From Thermoanaerobaculia bacterium (GTDB lineage: Bacteria > Acidobacteriota > Thermoanaerobaculia > Multivoradales > JAGPDF01): a DNA stretch of 64,000 bases. A model generated the notes under the pieces. It was not told the origin of the DNA and searched no databases. It was given only the letters and a program-made list of their open reading frames with translations. The stretch covers positions 216,695 through 280,694 of the forward strand of contig OY969426.1 in assembly GCA_963699245.1 (NCBI GenBank), given 5' to 3'. Position numbers and translations under genes: made by a program. Positions 45,729 to 53,755 of this stretch are shown here, piece by piece (position 1 is the stretch's first letter; the number at the start of each line of letters is the position of its first letter).

Positions 45729-46997
45729 ATGACGAAGAACTTCGCTGCGGCGCGCGCGCGCCCCGATCTGGTTTCGCAGCCGGTCGGCGACGAATGCGTG
45801 GTCTACGACCCGCGCGCCGACACGGTTCACGTCCTCGATCCCCTCGCGGCGCGGGTCTGGTTCGCCCTGCTGAGCGCCGGGAAGGGGGACGCTTCCGCCA
45901 GCGAGGGGCCGGAGATCGGCGACGCGGAGCGTCGCGAGGTGCTGCGCGGCCTCGACGAGGCCGGACTCCTCGAGCCCGGCGCGAGCGATCCGGCCGACGG
46001 CTCCTACGGCGCGGCGCTGGCGCGGATCCGGCGCGGCGACGTCGAGGGCGCGGTCGCGATCGTCGCGGCGCGCGTCGCGGCGGCGCCCGGCGACGTTCCG
46101 GCGTTGACGATGCTCGGCGCCACTCTCTTTCTGGCCGGCCGGGTGGAGGCGTCGGCGGCCACGCTGGAGCACGCGGTCGCGCTCGATCCCGGCGCCGCTT
46201 CGGCCTGGAGCCATCTCGGCAACGTGCGGCGTCGGCAGCAGCGCGAGAGCGAGGCGGCAGCCTGCTACGAGCGGGCGCGCGCCGTCGACCCGGCGCACTT
46301 CGACGCCACCTGCAATCTCGCCGCGCTGCGCGCCGGGCAGGGGCGCGCCGAAGAGGCGATCGCCCTCTGGCAGGAGGCGAGGGAGCGCCACCCCGCAGCG
46401 CCTCATCCCAGCGTCAGCCTGGCGCGGTTTCACGCCGAGCGAGGCGACCTCGCCGCCGCCGAGAGCGTGCTGCGCGAGACGATCGCGCGGGCGCGGACCG
46501 GCGCCGAGCTGCACAACGCGCTCGGCGTGGTGCTGGCGCAGGCGAACCGCGCGGACGACGCGCGGCAGGCGTTTCGCACTGCCATCGATGCCGGCGGCAG
46601 GCTCGTCGCGGCGCGGCTCAACCTGGCGCAGCTCGAGGCCGCGGCCGGCGACTGGAGCGCCGCGGTGGAGCTGGCGCGCGAAGCGCTCGCCCTCGATCCC
46701 CGTCACTCGGCGGCGCGCGTGCTGGCGGCGCGCGGACTCTGGCGGCTCCGGCGCCGCGCGGAGGCGCAGGCTCTGCTGCGCGAAGGTCTCGACCGTGACG
46801 AGAGCGCCCTCGCCTGCGCCGACGCGCTGGCCGACCTGCTCGAGCGGGCCGGCGAGCGCGGCGAGGCGATGCTCGTCGTCGCGCGCGTCGCGCCCCGGCT
46901 CGCCGGCCGCGACCTGACGCCGTGGCCGCGGCTGGCCGCGGCGCGCGAAAGGGCGGCGGAGCTGGCGCGAAGCTCGGCGAATGCATCCGGCGGCTGA
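45729..46997 (+). CDS. PqqD-like (RiPP-recognition-element) domain fused to TPR repeats
   Basis: ATG at 45729: RPDLVSQPVGDECVVYDPRADTVHVLDPLAARVWFALL...REVLRGLDEAGLLEP (PqqD pattern), then ~8 TPR-like repeats (AWSHLGNVRRRQQRESEAAACYERARAVDPAHFDATCNLAAL...). Intact, 422 aa. Confidence 0.7.
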   Translation: MTKNFAAARARPDLVSQPVGDECVVYDPRADTVHVLDPLAARVWFALLSAGKGDASASEGPEIGDAERREVLRGLDEAGLLEPGASDPADGSYGAALARIRRGDVEGAVAIVAARVAAAPGDVPALTMLGATLFLAGRVEASAATLEHAVALDPGAASAWSHLGNVRRRQQRESEAAACYERARAVDPAHFDATCNLAALRAGQGRAEEAIALWQEARERHPAAPHPSVSLARFHAERGDLAAAESVLRETIARARTGAELHNALGVVLAQANRADDARQAFRTAIDAGGRLVAARLNLAQLEAAAGDWSAAVELAREALALDPRHSAARVLAARGLWRLRRRAEAQALLREGLDRDESALACADALADLLERAGERGEAMLVVARVAPRLAGRDLTPWPRLAAARERAAELARSSANASGG

Positions 46998-48108
46998 CCC
47001 TCCGGAGCGTTATCGGATGCTCGGCGTCGCGGTCGAAGTGACGGGCCGCGCGGCCGGATCGCGCGGAACCTTCGCGAGCATCTACGGCGCCTTTCGCGAC
47101 AATTCGAGCGACGAGATCGCGGACCCGCTGCGCTTCGAGCTCGAGCCGCTCGCGGGCGGCGCGGGCTGTGCGGTCGCGATCAGCGGGCGGGGATCCGGCC
47201 AGCGCCTCGCGTGGCAGGCCGAGCCCGAGCAGCTCTGCCTTCATCTCGCGAGCTACGTCTATGCCGTCTCGCCCTGGCGGCTGGTTCACGCCGCGGTGCT
47301 GGCGCGCGACGGCCGGGCGCTCCTGCTCTGCGCGACTTCGGGCACCGGCAAGTCGACGCTCGCGCTCGAGCTGGCCCGCCGGGGCTTCGAGCTGCTCTCC
47401 GACGAGCTGGCGCCGATCCCCCCCGGCGCGGGCGTCGTCGAGCCCTTCCCGCGCGCCGTCGGCCTGCGCGCAGGCACACTGGCCCTGCTGCCCTGGCTCG
47501 CCGGCGCGGCAGGAATCCGCCTGCCGAACGCGAAGGGAGAATTCAAGCTCTTCGTCGACCCGGCCGCGGTGCCCGGCCTCCGCGTCGGCGGCGCCGCGAC
47601 GCCACGCGACATCGTCTTCCTGGCGCTGCCGCGGGATCCGGCCGTCGCCGCGGAGGAAGCCGGGCGAACGCTCGAAGTGACTCTCGGCGAAGGAGCCGAA
47701 GCCGCCGGCGAAGAGCTCGCGCGTCTGCCCGGCGTCGAGGCGGCGCGGCGTCTCGCGGATCGGGACCTGCCGACGTGGCGACTGCGGGTGGCGCGCGAGG
47801 CGGCGATCGGCGAGGCGCTCGAAAGCTGGTCGCGCCGCGCGGGCGCTCCGTTCGTCGCTTCGCGGTGGGGAGCGCACTTGCCGCCGCGGTTCGCCGGCGA
47901 GCCGGTGGTGGAACGGCTCGCCGCGTCGGCGGGGCTCCTCGAGCTGCAACGCCATCTTCTCGGCCGGGCGCGCGCCGCCGGCGCGGGAGAGCCCTCCTCG
48001 CCGGCGCGGATTCTGCTCGACCTCGCCGCCGCCTGTCGCGACGCGCGCTTCTGGCGCGTCGAGAGCGGCAGCCTCGCCGCGACCGCCGAGCGCCTGGCCG
48101 CGCTCTGA
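46981..48108 (+). CDS. HprK-related kinase (HPr kinase C-terminal-domain-like P-loop protein)
   Basis: Overlaps the upstream gene by 17 nt. LVHAAVLARDGRALLLCATSGTGKSTLALELARRGFELLSDELAPI matches the HprK-type P-loop context. Intact, 375 aa. An alternative start at 47017 is possible. Confidence 0.65.
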   Translation: MHPAADPPERYRMLGVAVEVTGRAAGSRGTFASIYGAFRDNSSDEIADPLRFELEPLAGGAGCAVAISGRGSGQRLAWQAEPEQLCLHLASYVYAVSPWRLVHAAVLARDGRALLLCATSGTGKSTLALELARRGFELLSDELAPIPPGAGVVEPFPRAVGLRAGTLALLPWLAGAAGIRLPNAKGEFKLFVDPAAVPGLRVGGAATPRDIVFLALPRDPAVAAEEAGRTLEVTLGEGAEAAGEELARLPGVEAARRLADRDLPTWRLRVAREAAIGEALESWSRRAGAPFVASRWGAHLPPRFAGEPVVERLAASAGLLELQRHLLGRARAAGAGEPSSPARILLDLAAACRDARFWRVESGSLAATAERLAAL

Positions 48109-48130
48109 GTCCCTGACCCCGGCGACGAGA

Positions 48131-49822
48131 ATGCGTCCCGAAGCCCTGCGCGCGGCGGTGCTCGCGATCTGGAAGCAGGAAGGCCGGGTCGACCTCGTGC
48201 CGGTGCGCGGTGGCAGCATGCGCCCGCTGCTGCGCGAAGGCGACCGGGTCGTCGTCCGCTTCGGCGCGCCGCACCGGCTGCGCTTCGGCGAAGTCGTCGT
48301 TTTCGAGCGCGACGGCGGCATCGTGGTGCACCGCGTGCTGGCGCGGCGCACCGTGGCGGGAGTGCCGCGGATTCTCGAGCGCGGCGATGCCGGCGCGGCG
48401 GCGACCTGGATCGCCAGCGCGTCGATCGCGGGCGTGGTGATCGGCCTGGAGCGGGAGGGGAACGACCGGCGGGCGCTCGAGGGCACCGCGGGGCGCTGGC
48501 GGCGCGCGCTGCGCAGCTTCGCCGTTGCGGCGCTTCTGCGCACCGGCTGGCGGCGGCGCCGAGCAAGGCCCGCCCGCGCGGCGAGTGCGGCAGGAGATGC
48601 CGCCTTGCCCGTCGCCTTGCGCGACAGCGCGCTCGAATTCCTGGTGCGCGGCGCGCTCGGGCTCGGCTGGGAGGAGCCCGATCCCGCGCCGACGCCGGAG
48701 CAGTGGCGTCAACTGCTCGCGCTCGCCGAGCGCCACCGCGTCGGCGCGCTGCTCTGGAACGGGCTCTCGCAGCGGACCTCGGCGGCGCCTCTGCCGCCGG
48801 AGGTCGCGGAGGCGCTCCGGAAGCAGGCACTCGGCGCCGCGGCGCGCAGCGCTCGCTGGCTCGCCGAGGAGCTGCAAGTCGGCGAGGAGCTCGATCGGCT
48901 CGGGATCGAATGGATGGTGCTCAAAGGGGCGCCGATGGCGGAGCGGCTTTATGGCAGCGCCGCGCTCCGGCCGAGCGACGATCTCGACCTGTTGATTCAC
49001 GAAGAGGACGTCGAGCGCGCGGTCGCGGCGCTCGAGGCGCGCGGTTATGTGCCGCGCGAGCAGGCCACCGCGTCGCGCCGTCGCGCCTGGCATCACCAAG
49101 TCATTCTCGACCGCGCCGCGGCGGGGGGCTCGCTCTGCCTCGAGCTGCACTGGACCCTGACCGATCGCTTCGGACTCGTCTGGCCGGACGAGGCGGCGGT
49201 CTGGCGGCGTTCGTCCTCGCACCGGATGGACGCGGTCGACGAAGCGCTCTTCCTCGCCGTCCACCTCGACAAGCACGGCCTGCTCAATCGTGTCCTGCTG
49301 CCGGGCGACGATCCCGCGTGGGCACGCCGCTTTCTGCTGCACCCGCGCAGCGAGAACCGGCTGCTCTGGTTCGCGGACCTCTGGCGAGCGCTCGATGGCG
49401 TGGCGAAAGCCGGGGCCCTGGAAGAGCTCGCCGACCGGGCACGGCAGTGGAATGCGACGGCGGCGCTCGCGAGCTGCCGGGTCGCGCTCGATCGTCTCTC
49501 CTCGGGCGCCATGCCCGCAGCGTGGCGCGATCTCGGCCCGCTCGACGGAGCTCGTCGCCGCGGCGCGCGAGTGCGCTACCGCCTGGTCATGGGAGGGGCG
49601 CTACCGTATTTGCCGCCCGCACAGGGGCGGAAGCCCTGGCTGCTGGAACGGGGAGGCGTGAGCGGCTTCCGGCCGCTGAGGCTGGCTGACGCGCTGCGCT
49701 ACGCGGTCCCGCCGGCGTCCTACCTGCGCGCGCGTTACTCGCGCGACGGCGGAAGGGCGCCGATGCGTTGGCTACGACACCTCGGCTCCGTCGTCGCCGA
49801 AATGGTTCATCTCTTGAGCTGA
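48131..49822 (+). CDS. Fusion: S26/S24-type serine peptidase domain + PF14907-like uncharacterised nucleotidyltransferase
   Basis: N-terminus VPVRGGSMRPLLREGDRVVV...GEVVVFERDGGIVVHRVL...ILERGDA (archaeal/ER-type signal-peptidase-like GSM...HRV...GDA). C-terminus WMVLKGAPMAERLYGSAALRPSDDLDLLIHEEDVERAVAALEARGY...LELHW (NTP_transf_5-like). Intact, 563 aa. Confidence 0.65.
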   Translation: MRPEALRAAVLAIWKQEGRVDLVPVRGGSMRPLLREGDRVVVRFGAPHRLRFGEVVVFERDGGIVVHRVLARRTVAGVPRILERGDAGAAATWIASASIAGVVIGLEREGNDRRALEGTAGRWRRALRSFAVAALLRTGWRRRRARPARAASAAGDAALPVALRDSALEFLVRGALGLGWEEPDPAPTPEQWRQLLALAERHRVGALLWNGLSQRTSAAPLPPEVAEALRKQALGAAARSARWLAEELQVGEELDRLGIEWMVLKGAPMAERLYGSAALRPSDDLDLLIHEEDVERAVAALEARGYVPREQATASRRRAWHHQVILDRAAAGGSLCLELHWTLTDRFGLVWPDEAAVWRRSSSHRMDAVDEALFLAVHLDKHGLLNRVLLPGDDPAWARRFLLHPRSENRLLWFADLWRALDGVAKAGALEELADRARQWNATAALASCRVALDRLSSGAMPAAWRDLGPLDGARRRGARVRYRLVMGGALPYLPPAQGRKPWLLERGGVSGFRPLRLADALRYAVPPASYLRARYSRDGGRAPMRWLRHLGSVVAEMVHLLS

Positions 49823-49930
49823 TACCGGCAGGCTGCCGAGATCCGACGGGACGGCGTCAAGGGAGATTCGCCGGCATCGTGAGCGTGACCGCGCACCCGT
49901 TGCTCGTTTCCGCGGGGCCGACGGGCCGCC

Positions 49931-50419
49931 TCAGACGTCCGGGATCTGGTAGGTGACGGTGCAGGTGTTGCTGACCACGTCGCCCGCGATCGGCGTCGCG
50001 CCGTGGCCCGGCGCATGGCCGACGTGGGCGAAGACCCGCGCGGTATTCGAGATCTCGCCGGACCCGAAGCCCTGGTCGAGCTCCTTCGACGTCGTTCCGG
50101 CAGCGAGCTCGTAGGAGAGGTCTTCGGTCACGAAGCTCGAGCTGCCGATGTCCATCTGCACCCGATAGCCGGTCTCGGCGGCGAGGTCGTTCCAGACGAA
50201 GTGCGCCTGCACGACGCCAGCGGCCGCGTTCTGGTCGTCGGCGCTCTGGTCGACGACGGTCGAGCCGCAGGGCAGCGTGCCCTGGGCACCCTCGAGGCCG
50301 AGCGTGAGAACTTCGTACTGCGCCTCGGCGGGACCGAGAAGGTTTCGCAGGCCGGTCGGAGTGTAGCTGCAGATGGCACGCTCAGCGTGCGTGCGCGGGT
50401 TCACGGCGTCGTCTCTCAT
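49931..50419 (-). CDS. Hypothetical protein, no recognisable family
   Basis: AAGGAG-N5-ATG at 50419. 162 aa, beta-rich-looking, no signal peptide (MRDDAVNPRTHAERAICSYTPTGLRNLLGPAEAQYEVLTLGLEG...TCTVTYQIPDV). The ORF-track version (49931-50950) has an implausible Arg/Pro-rich N-terminus. Confidence 0.55.
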   Translation of the reverse strand: MRDDAVNPRTHAERAICSYTPTGLRNLLGPAEAQYEVLTLGLEGAQGTLPCGSTVVDQSADDQNAAAGVVQAHFVWNDLAAETGYRVQMDIGSSSFVTEDLSYELAAGTTSKELDQGFGSGEISNTARVFAHVGHAPGHGATPIAGDVVSNTCTVTYQIPDV

Positions 50420-50511
50420 CGAGGCTCCTTCGTCCAGCAGGACGAGCTCGCGCAAGGTATCGAGCCGACGGGAGGTCGTCAAGGAAGCGCGCCGCTGTCC
50501 ATCCGGCGTTC

Positions 50512-52338
50512 TCATTCCCATTCGATCGTTCCCGGCGGTTTCGTCGTCAGGTCGAGCGCCAGGCCGCCGACGCCGGGCAACGCGAGGAGCGAGGCGCGCA
50601 GCTCGGCGAGCAGCGAGGCGGGGAAGGGGGCCGGCGTCGCGGTCATGCCGCGCTCGGAGCGGATCGGCCGCACGATCGCCAGCTCTTCGCCGCGGCCGTC
50701 GATCGTCATCGGCACCAGCACGGTCGGGCACTGCCAGATCGAGTCGTAGAGGCCGTGACGCCGCAGGCCGTCCATCACGATCGCGTCGGCCTCGCGCAGC
50801 AGGTCGAGCCGTTCGCGGGTGGTCGCGGCGGCGCGCGGCCGGAAGCTCGCCGGCTCGCCGCTCTCCGGGTCGCCCTGCCACCAGAGGGCGCGATTGACGT
50901 GCGGCACTTCGCGGTAGATGGCGCCGGCGGCGAGGAGGAGCTCCTCCCACGGCTTCTCCGAGAAGAGCATCACCGGATGCTCGTAGGAGCGCAGGTCGGC
51001 CTTGACGCCGACCGAGCGGATCGGCAGCGCGCGCGCCGCGACGCCGAGGCGCGCCGCGACGGCTGCCAGGGCCGGCTCGATCTCGTCGAAGTGGTCGCGG
51101 TCCTCGGCGCCGGTCGAGCCGAGCAGGCGGACGCCGAGTCCGGGGCCGGGAAAGGGATGGCGCTGTACGACTTCGGCCGGCACGCCGAGGCGGTCGCCGA
51201 GCTCGCGCACTTCGACCTTGTAGAGATCGGCCAGCGGCTCCACCACGCGGCCGGCGGCGATCATCTCCTGGATGATCGGCACGCGATTGTGGTGCGTCTT
51301 GATGGTGTCGGCGCGTTTGGTGCCGCCGGTCTCGATGGTGTCGGGATAGATCGTCCCCTGCGCGAGCAGGTGCGACTCGATGCCGAGCCGGCGCGCCTCG
51401 CGCTCGAAGACCTCGACGAAGGTGTCGCCGATGATCCGCCGCTTGCGCTCCGGCTCGACGACGCCGGCGAGCGGGCGGAGAAAGGCATCACTCGCGTCGA
51501 CGAAGGCGAGGTTGGCGCCCAGGCCGAGCTCCTCGAGCGTCGAGAGCACCTGCCGGCTCTCGTCGCGGCGCATCAGCCCGTTGTCGATGTGGAGCAGGTG
51601 GACCCGCTCCGGCCCGAGCGCCAGCGCCAGCAGCTTCGCCGCCACCGTCGAGTCGACCCCCCCCGAGGCGAGCAGGAAGACCGAGCGATCGCCGACGTGG
51701 GTCCGCAGGCGATCGATCTCCTCGTCGATCCAGCGCTCCATCGTCCAGGTCGGGCGGCAGCCGCAGATGCCGAAGACGAAGTTGCCGATCATCTCGGCGC
51801 CGTGCAGCGTGTCGTCGACCTCGGGGTGGAACTGGAAGCCGTAGCGGCGCAGCTTGTCGGAGCCGATGGCGGCGTAGCGGTGCGGCGGAGCGCCGGAGGT
51901 GAGGCGCGTGAAGCCCAGCTCGCGAAACTCCGGGCCGACCGCGACGACCGAGTCGAAGTGGCTCATCCAGACCGGCTCGACCGGCCCGAGGCCGCTGAAG
52001 AGCGCGTGGTCGCCGGTGAGGTGGAGATCGGCGGGACCCCACTCGCGGCCGCCGTGGATCACCTCGCCGCCGTAGCGCTTGGCGATCTCCTGGTGGCCGA
52101 AGCAGAAGCCGAGGATCGGCGTCTCGAGGTCGTAGATCTCCTTCGTGTAGTCGGAGTCCTCGCCGAAGGCCGAGAGCGACGGGCTGCCCGAGAGGATGAT
52201 GCCGTCGAACTCGGCGAATCGCTCGATCGGGTCCTCGGGCTGGAGGATCTCGGCCAGCACCGCGAGCCGGCGGACCTTGGTGGCGATGAGGTGGGCGTAC
52301 TGCCCGCCGAAATCGACGACGGCGATCTTGTCGTGCAT
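50512..52338 (-). CDS. guaA: GMP synthase (glutamine-hydrolysing), long 608-aa form
   Basis: GFCFGHQ (GATase Cys), FLLASGGVDSTV (PP-loop), HPFPGPGLGVRLLG, C-terminal KPPGTIEWE. ~90-aa insertion before the dimerisation domain. Confidence 0.9.
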   Translation of the reverse strand: MHDKIAVVDFGGQYAHLIATKVRRLAVLAEILQPEDPIERFAEFDGIILSGSPSLSAFGEDSDYTKEIYDLETPILGFCFGHQEIAKRYGGEVIHGGREWGPADLHLTGDHALFSGLGPVEPVWMSHFDSVVAVGPEFRELGFTRLTSGAPPHRYAAIGSDKLRRYGFQFHPEVDDTLHGAEMIGNFVFGICGCRPTWTMERWIDEEIDRLRTHVGDRSVFLLASGGVDSTVAAKLLALALGPERVHLLHIDNGLMRRDESRQVLSTLEELGLGANLAFVDASDAFLRPLAGVVEPERKRRIIGDTFVEVFEREARRLGIESHLLAQGTIYPDTIETGGTKRADTIKTHHNRVPIIQEMIAAGRVVEPLADLYKVEVRELGDRLGVPAEVVQRHPFPGPGLGVRLLGSTGAEDRDHFDEIEPALAAVAARLGVAARALPIRSVGVKADLRSYEHPVMLFSEKPWEELLLAAGAIYREVPHVNRALWWQGDPESGEPASFRPRAAATTRERLDLLREADAIVMDGLRRHGLYDSIWQCPTVLVPMTIDGRGEELAIVRPIRSERGMTATPAPFPASLLAELRASLLALPGVGGLALDLTTKPPGTIEWE

Positions 52339-52353
52339 CGAGGCGAGATTCTC

Positions 52354-53112
52354 TCAGAAGAGCCGGTGGGGCCAGGCGAAATCGGGGGGCGGCGAGCTCG
52401 GCCGGGCGAGCAGATAGCCCTGGGCGAAGTCGACCCCGGCCGCCTCGACGGCGGCGAGCTCGTCCGGAGTCTCGATTCCCTCGGCAAGGACCTTCGATCC
52501 CATCTCGTGGCAGAGCTTGACCAGGGATTCGATCAGGCGGTACTGCCGGGTGCCGGGCGTCAGCCCGACCACCAGCTGGCGATCGATCTTGACGATCTCG
52601 GGCTCGAGATCGGCGATGTACTTGAGGTTGGAGAAGCCGGCGCCGAAGTCGTCGATGGCGAGCTGGATTCCCTTGGCGCGGATCTCGGCGAGCACCGAAT
52701 GGCACTGCGAGAAGTAGTGGATCGGGACGGTCTCGGTGATCTCGAGGGTCACCTGGCCGCGGTGGCGGAAGATCGGGTCGTCGGGGCGCACCAGCCAGCC
52801 CTGATCGAGCTCCGCCGGATCGATGTTGAGGAAGAGTGCCTGGCCGGCGCAGATGCGGCTGGCGTTCTCGCGGTGCAGGCGCCCGAGCTCGCCGACCCGG
52901 CCGGCGCGAACCGCGACGGCGAAGAGCTCGGATGGGCCCGGGAAATCGCTCGGGGCGCAGCGCGCCAGCGCCTCGTAGGCATGCAGGCGGCGCCGCCGAA
53001 TGTCCACGATCGGCTGGAACGCGATGCCGAGCGTCGAATTGGCGATCAGGGAGTAGACGGCCGCGATCTTTTCTGCGGAGACGGCGGCTTCGAGCGGCAT
53101 GGAGAGAATCAT
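52354..53112 (-). CDS. Stand-alone EAL-domain c-di-GMP phosphodiesterase
   Basis: FQPIVDIRRRRLHAYEALAR, LEITE, DDFGAGFSNLKYI, KIDRQLV, AEGIETPDE, AQGYLLARP: catalytic residues look complete. Confidence 0.8.
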   Translation of the reverse strand: MILSMPLEAAVSAEKIAAVYSLIANSTLGIAFQPIVDIRRRRLHAYEALARCAPSDFPGPSELFAVAVRAGRVGELGRLHRENASRICAGQALFLNIDPAELDQGWLVRPDDPIFRHRGQVTLEITETVPIHYFSQCHSVLAEIRAKGIQLAIDDFGAGFSNLKYIADLEPEIVKIDRQLVVGLTPGTRQYRLIESLVKLCHEMGSKVLAEGIETPDELAAVEAAGVDFAQGYLLARPSSPPPDFAWPHRLF

Positions 53113-53170
53113 TTCAGCACATCGCCCGCTGCAGGATCCAGCAGCTGGCGCGCGCGATGTCCCGTCGATG

Positions 53171-53734
53171 TCACGCTTCGTCCCCGCGCTCCGTCCAGGC
53201 GCGCGCGATCCGCACCAGCGCGCCGGCTGCCGCCTCGAGGCTCGCTTCGCGGCAAGTCACCTCGCCGGCGTTGTAGTCGCCCCCCTCGACGGGAATGCCG
53301 AGAAAAAGGGTCCAGGGGGATACCTCGGCGTAGACGTCGGACTCGTCGCAGTCGGAGACCGGGTCGGGGCAACCGTCGTAGAGGTCGAACTCGAAGCCGT
53401 CGAGCGCCGCGAGGAGGAGCTCCTGGAGCGCGGGCTGGCGGCATTTCTCGATCGTGAAGTCGCCGTCGGTCGCGGCGCCGGTGACGTCGACGACGATGAC
53501 CAGGTCGTCGGGGGAGAGCGACTCCGCGACCCGGCGCGCGCCCGCCATGTCGGTCTCTTCCCCTTCGGTGAGCTCGATGCGCACTCCGTCGGGCGGCAGC
53601 TCGCCCGAGAAGTAGGCCCGCATCACGACGTGAACGCCGGCGAAGTTGTCGAGGTGGCCGCGGTAGAGGTCGCCGATCCGCTCGAGCCGATGGCTCGGAA
53701 AGCCGGTGTCGGCGTGGCAGGAGACGACGATCAT
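53171..53734 (-). CDS. Short M42/M28-like metallohydrolase-fold protein (tentative)
   Basis: MIVVSCHADTGF..., GHLDNFAGVHVVMRAY, TEGEETDMAGAR, VVDVTGA. The order of these blocks resembles metal-ligand blocks of M42-type aminopeptidases, but the protein is only 187 aa. Confidence 0.35.
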   Translation of the reverse strand: MIVVSCHADTGFPSHRLERIGDLYRGHLDNFAGVHVVMRAYFSGELPPDGVRIELTEGEETDMAGARRVAESLSPDDLVIVVDVTGAATDGDFTIEKCRQPALQELLLAALDGFEFDLYDGCPDPVSDCDESDVYAEVSPWTLFLGIPVEGGDYNAGEVTCREASLEAAAGALVRIARAWTERGDEA

Positions 53735-53755
53735 GCCGCGGATGCTATCCGCGGC

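Noticed and set aside
49877-49956. Small ORF (GTG; VSVTAHPLLVSAGPTGRLRRPGSGR) just downstream of the peptidase-NTase gene, considered as a RiPP precursor
   Set aside because: The SD-like AGGGAG is 13 nt from the GTG. The ORF overlaps the 3' end of the convergent 162-aa gene, and the peptide has no leader/core features I can defend. It is kept only as something to test in a conservation scan.
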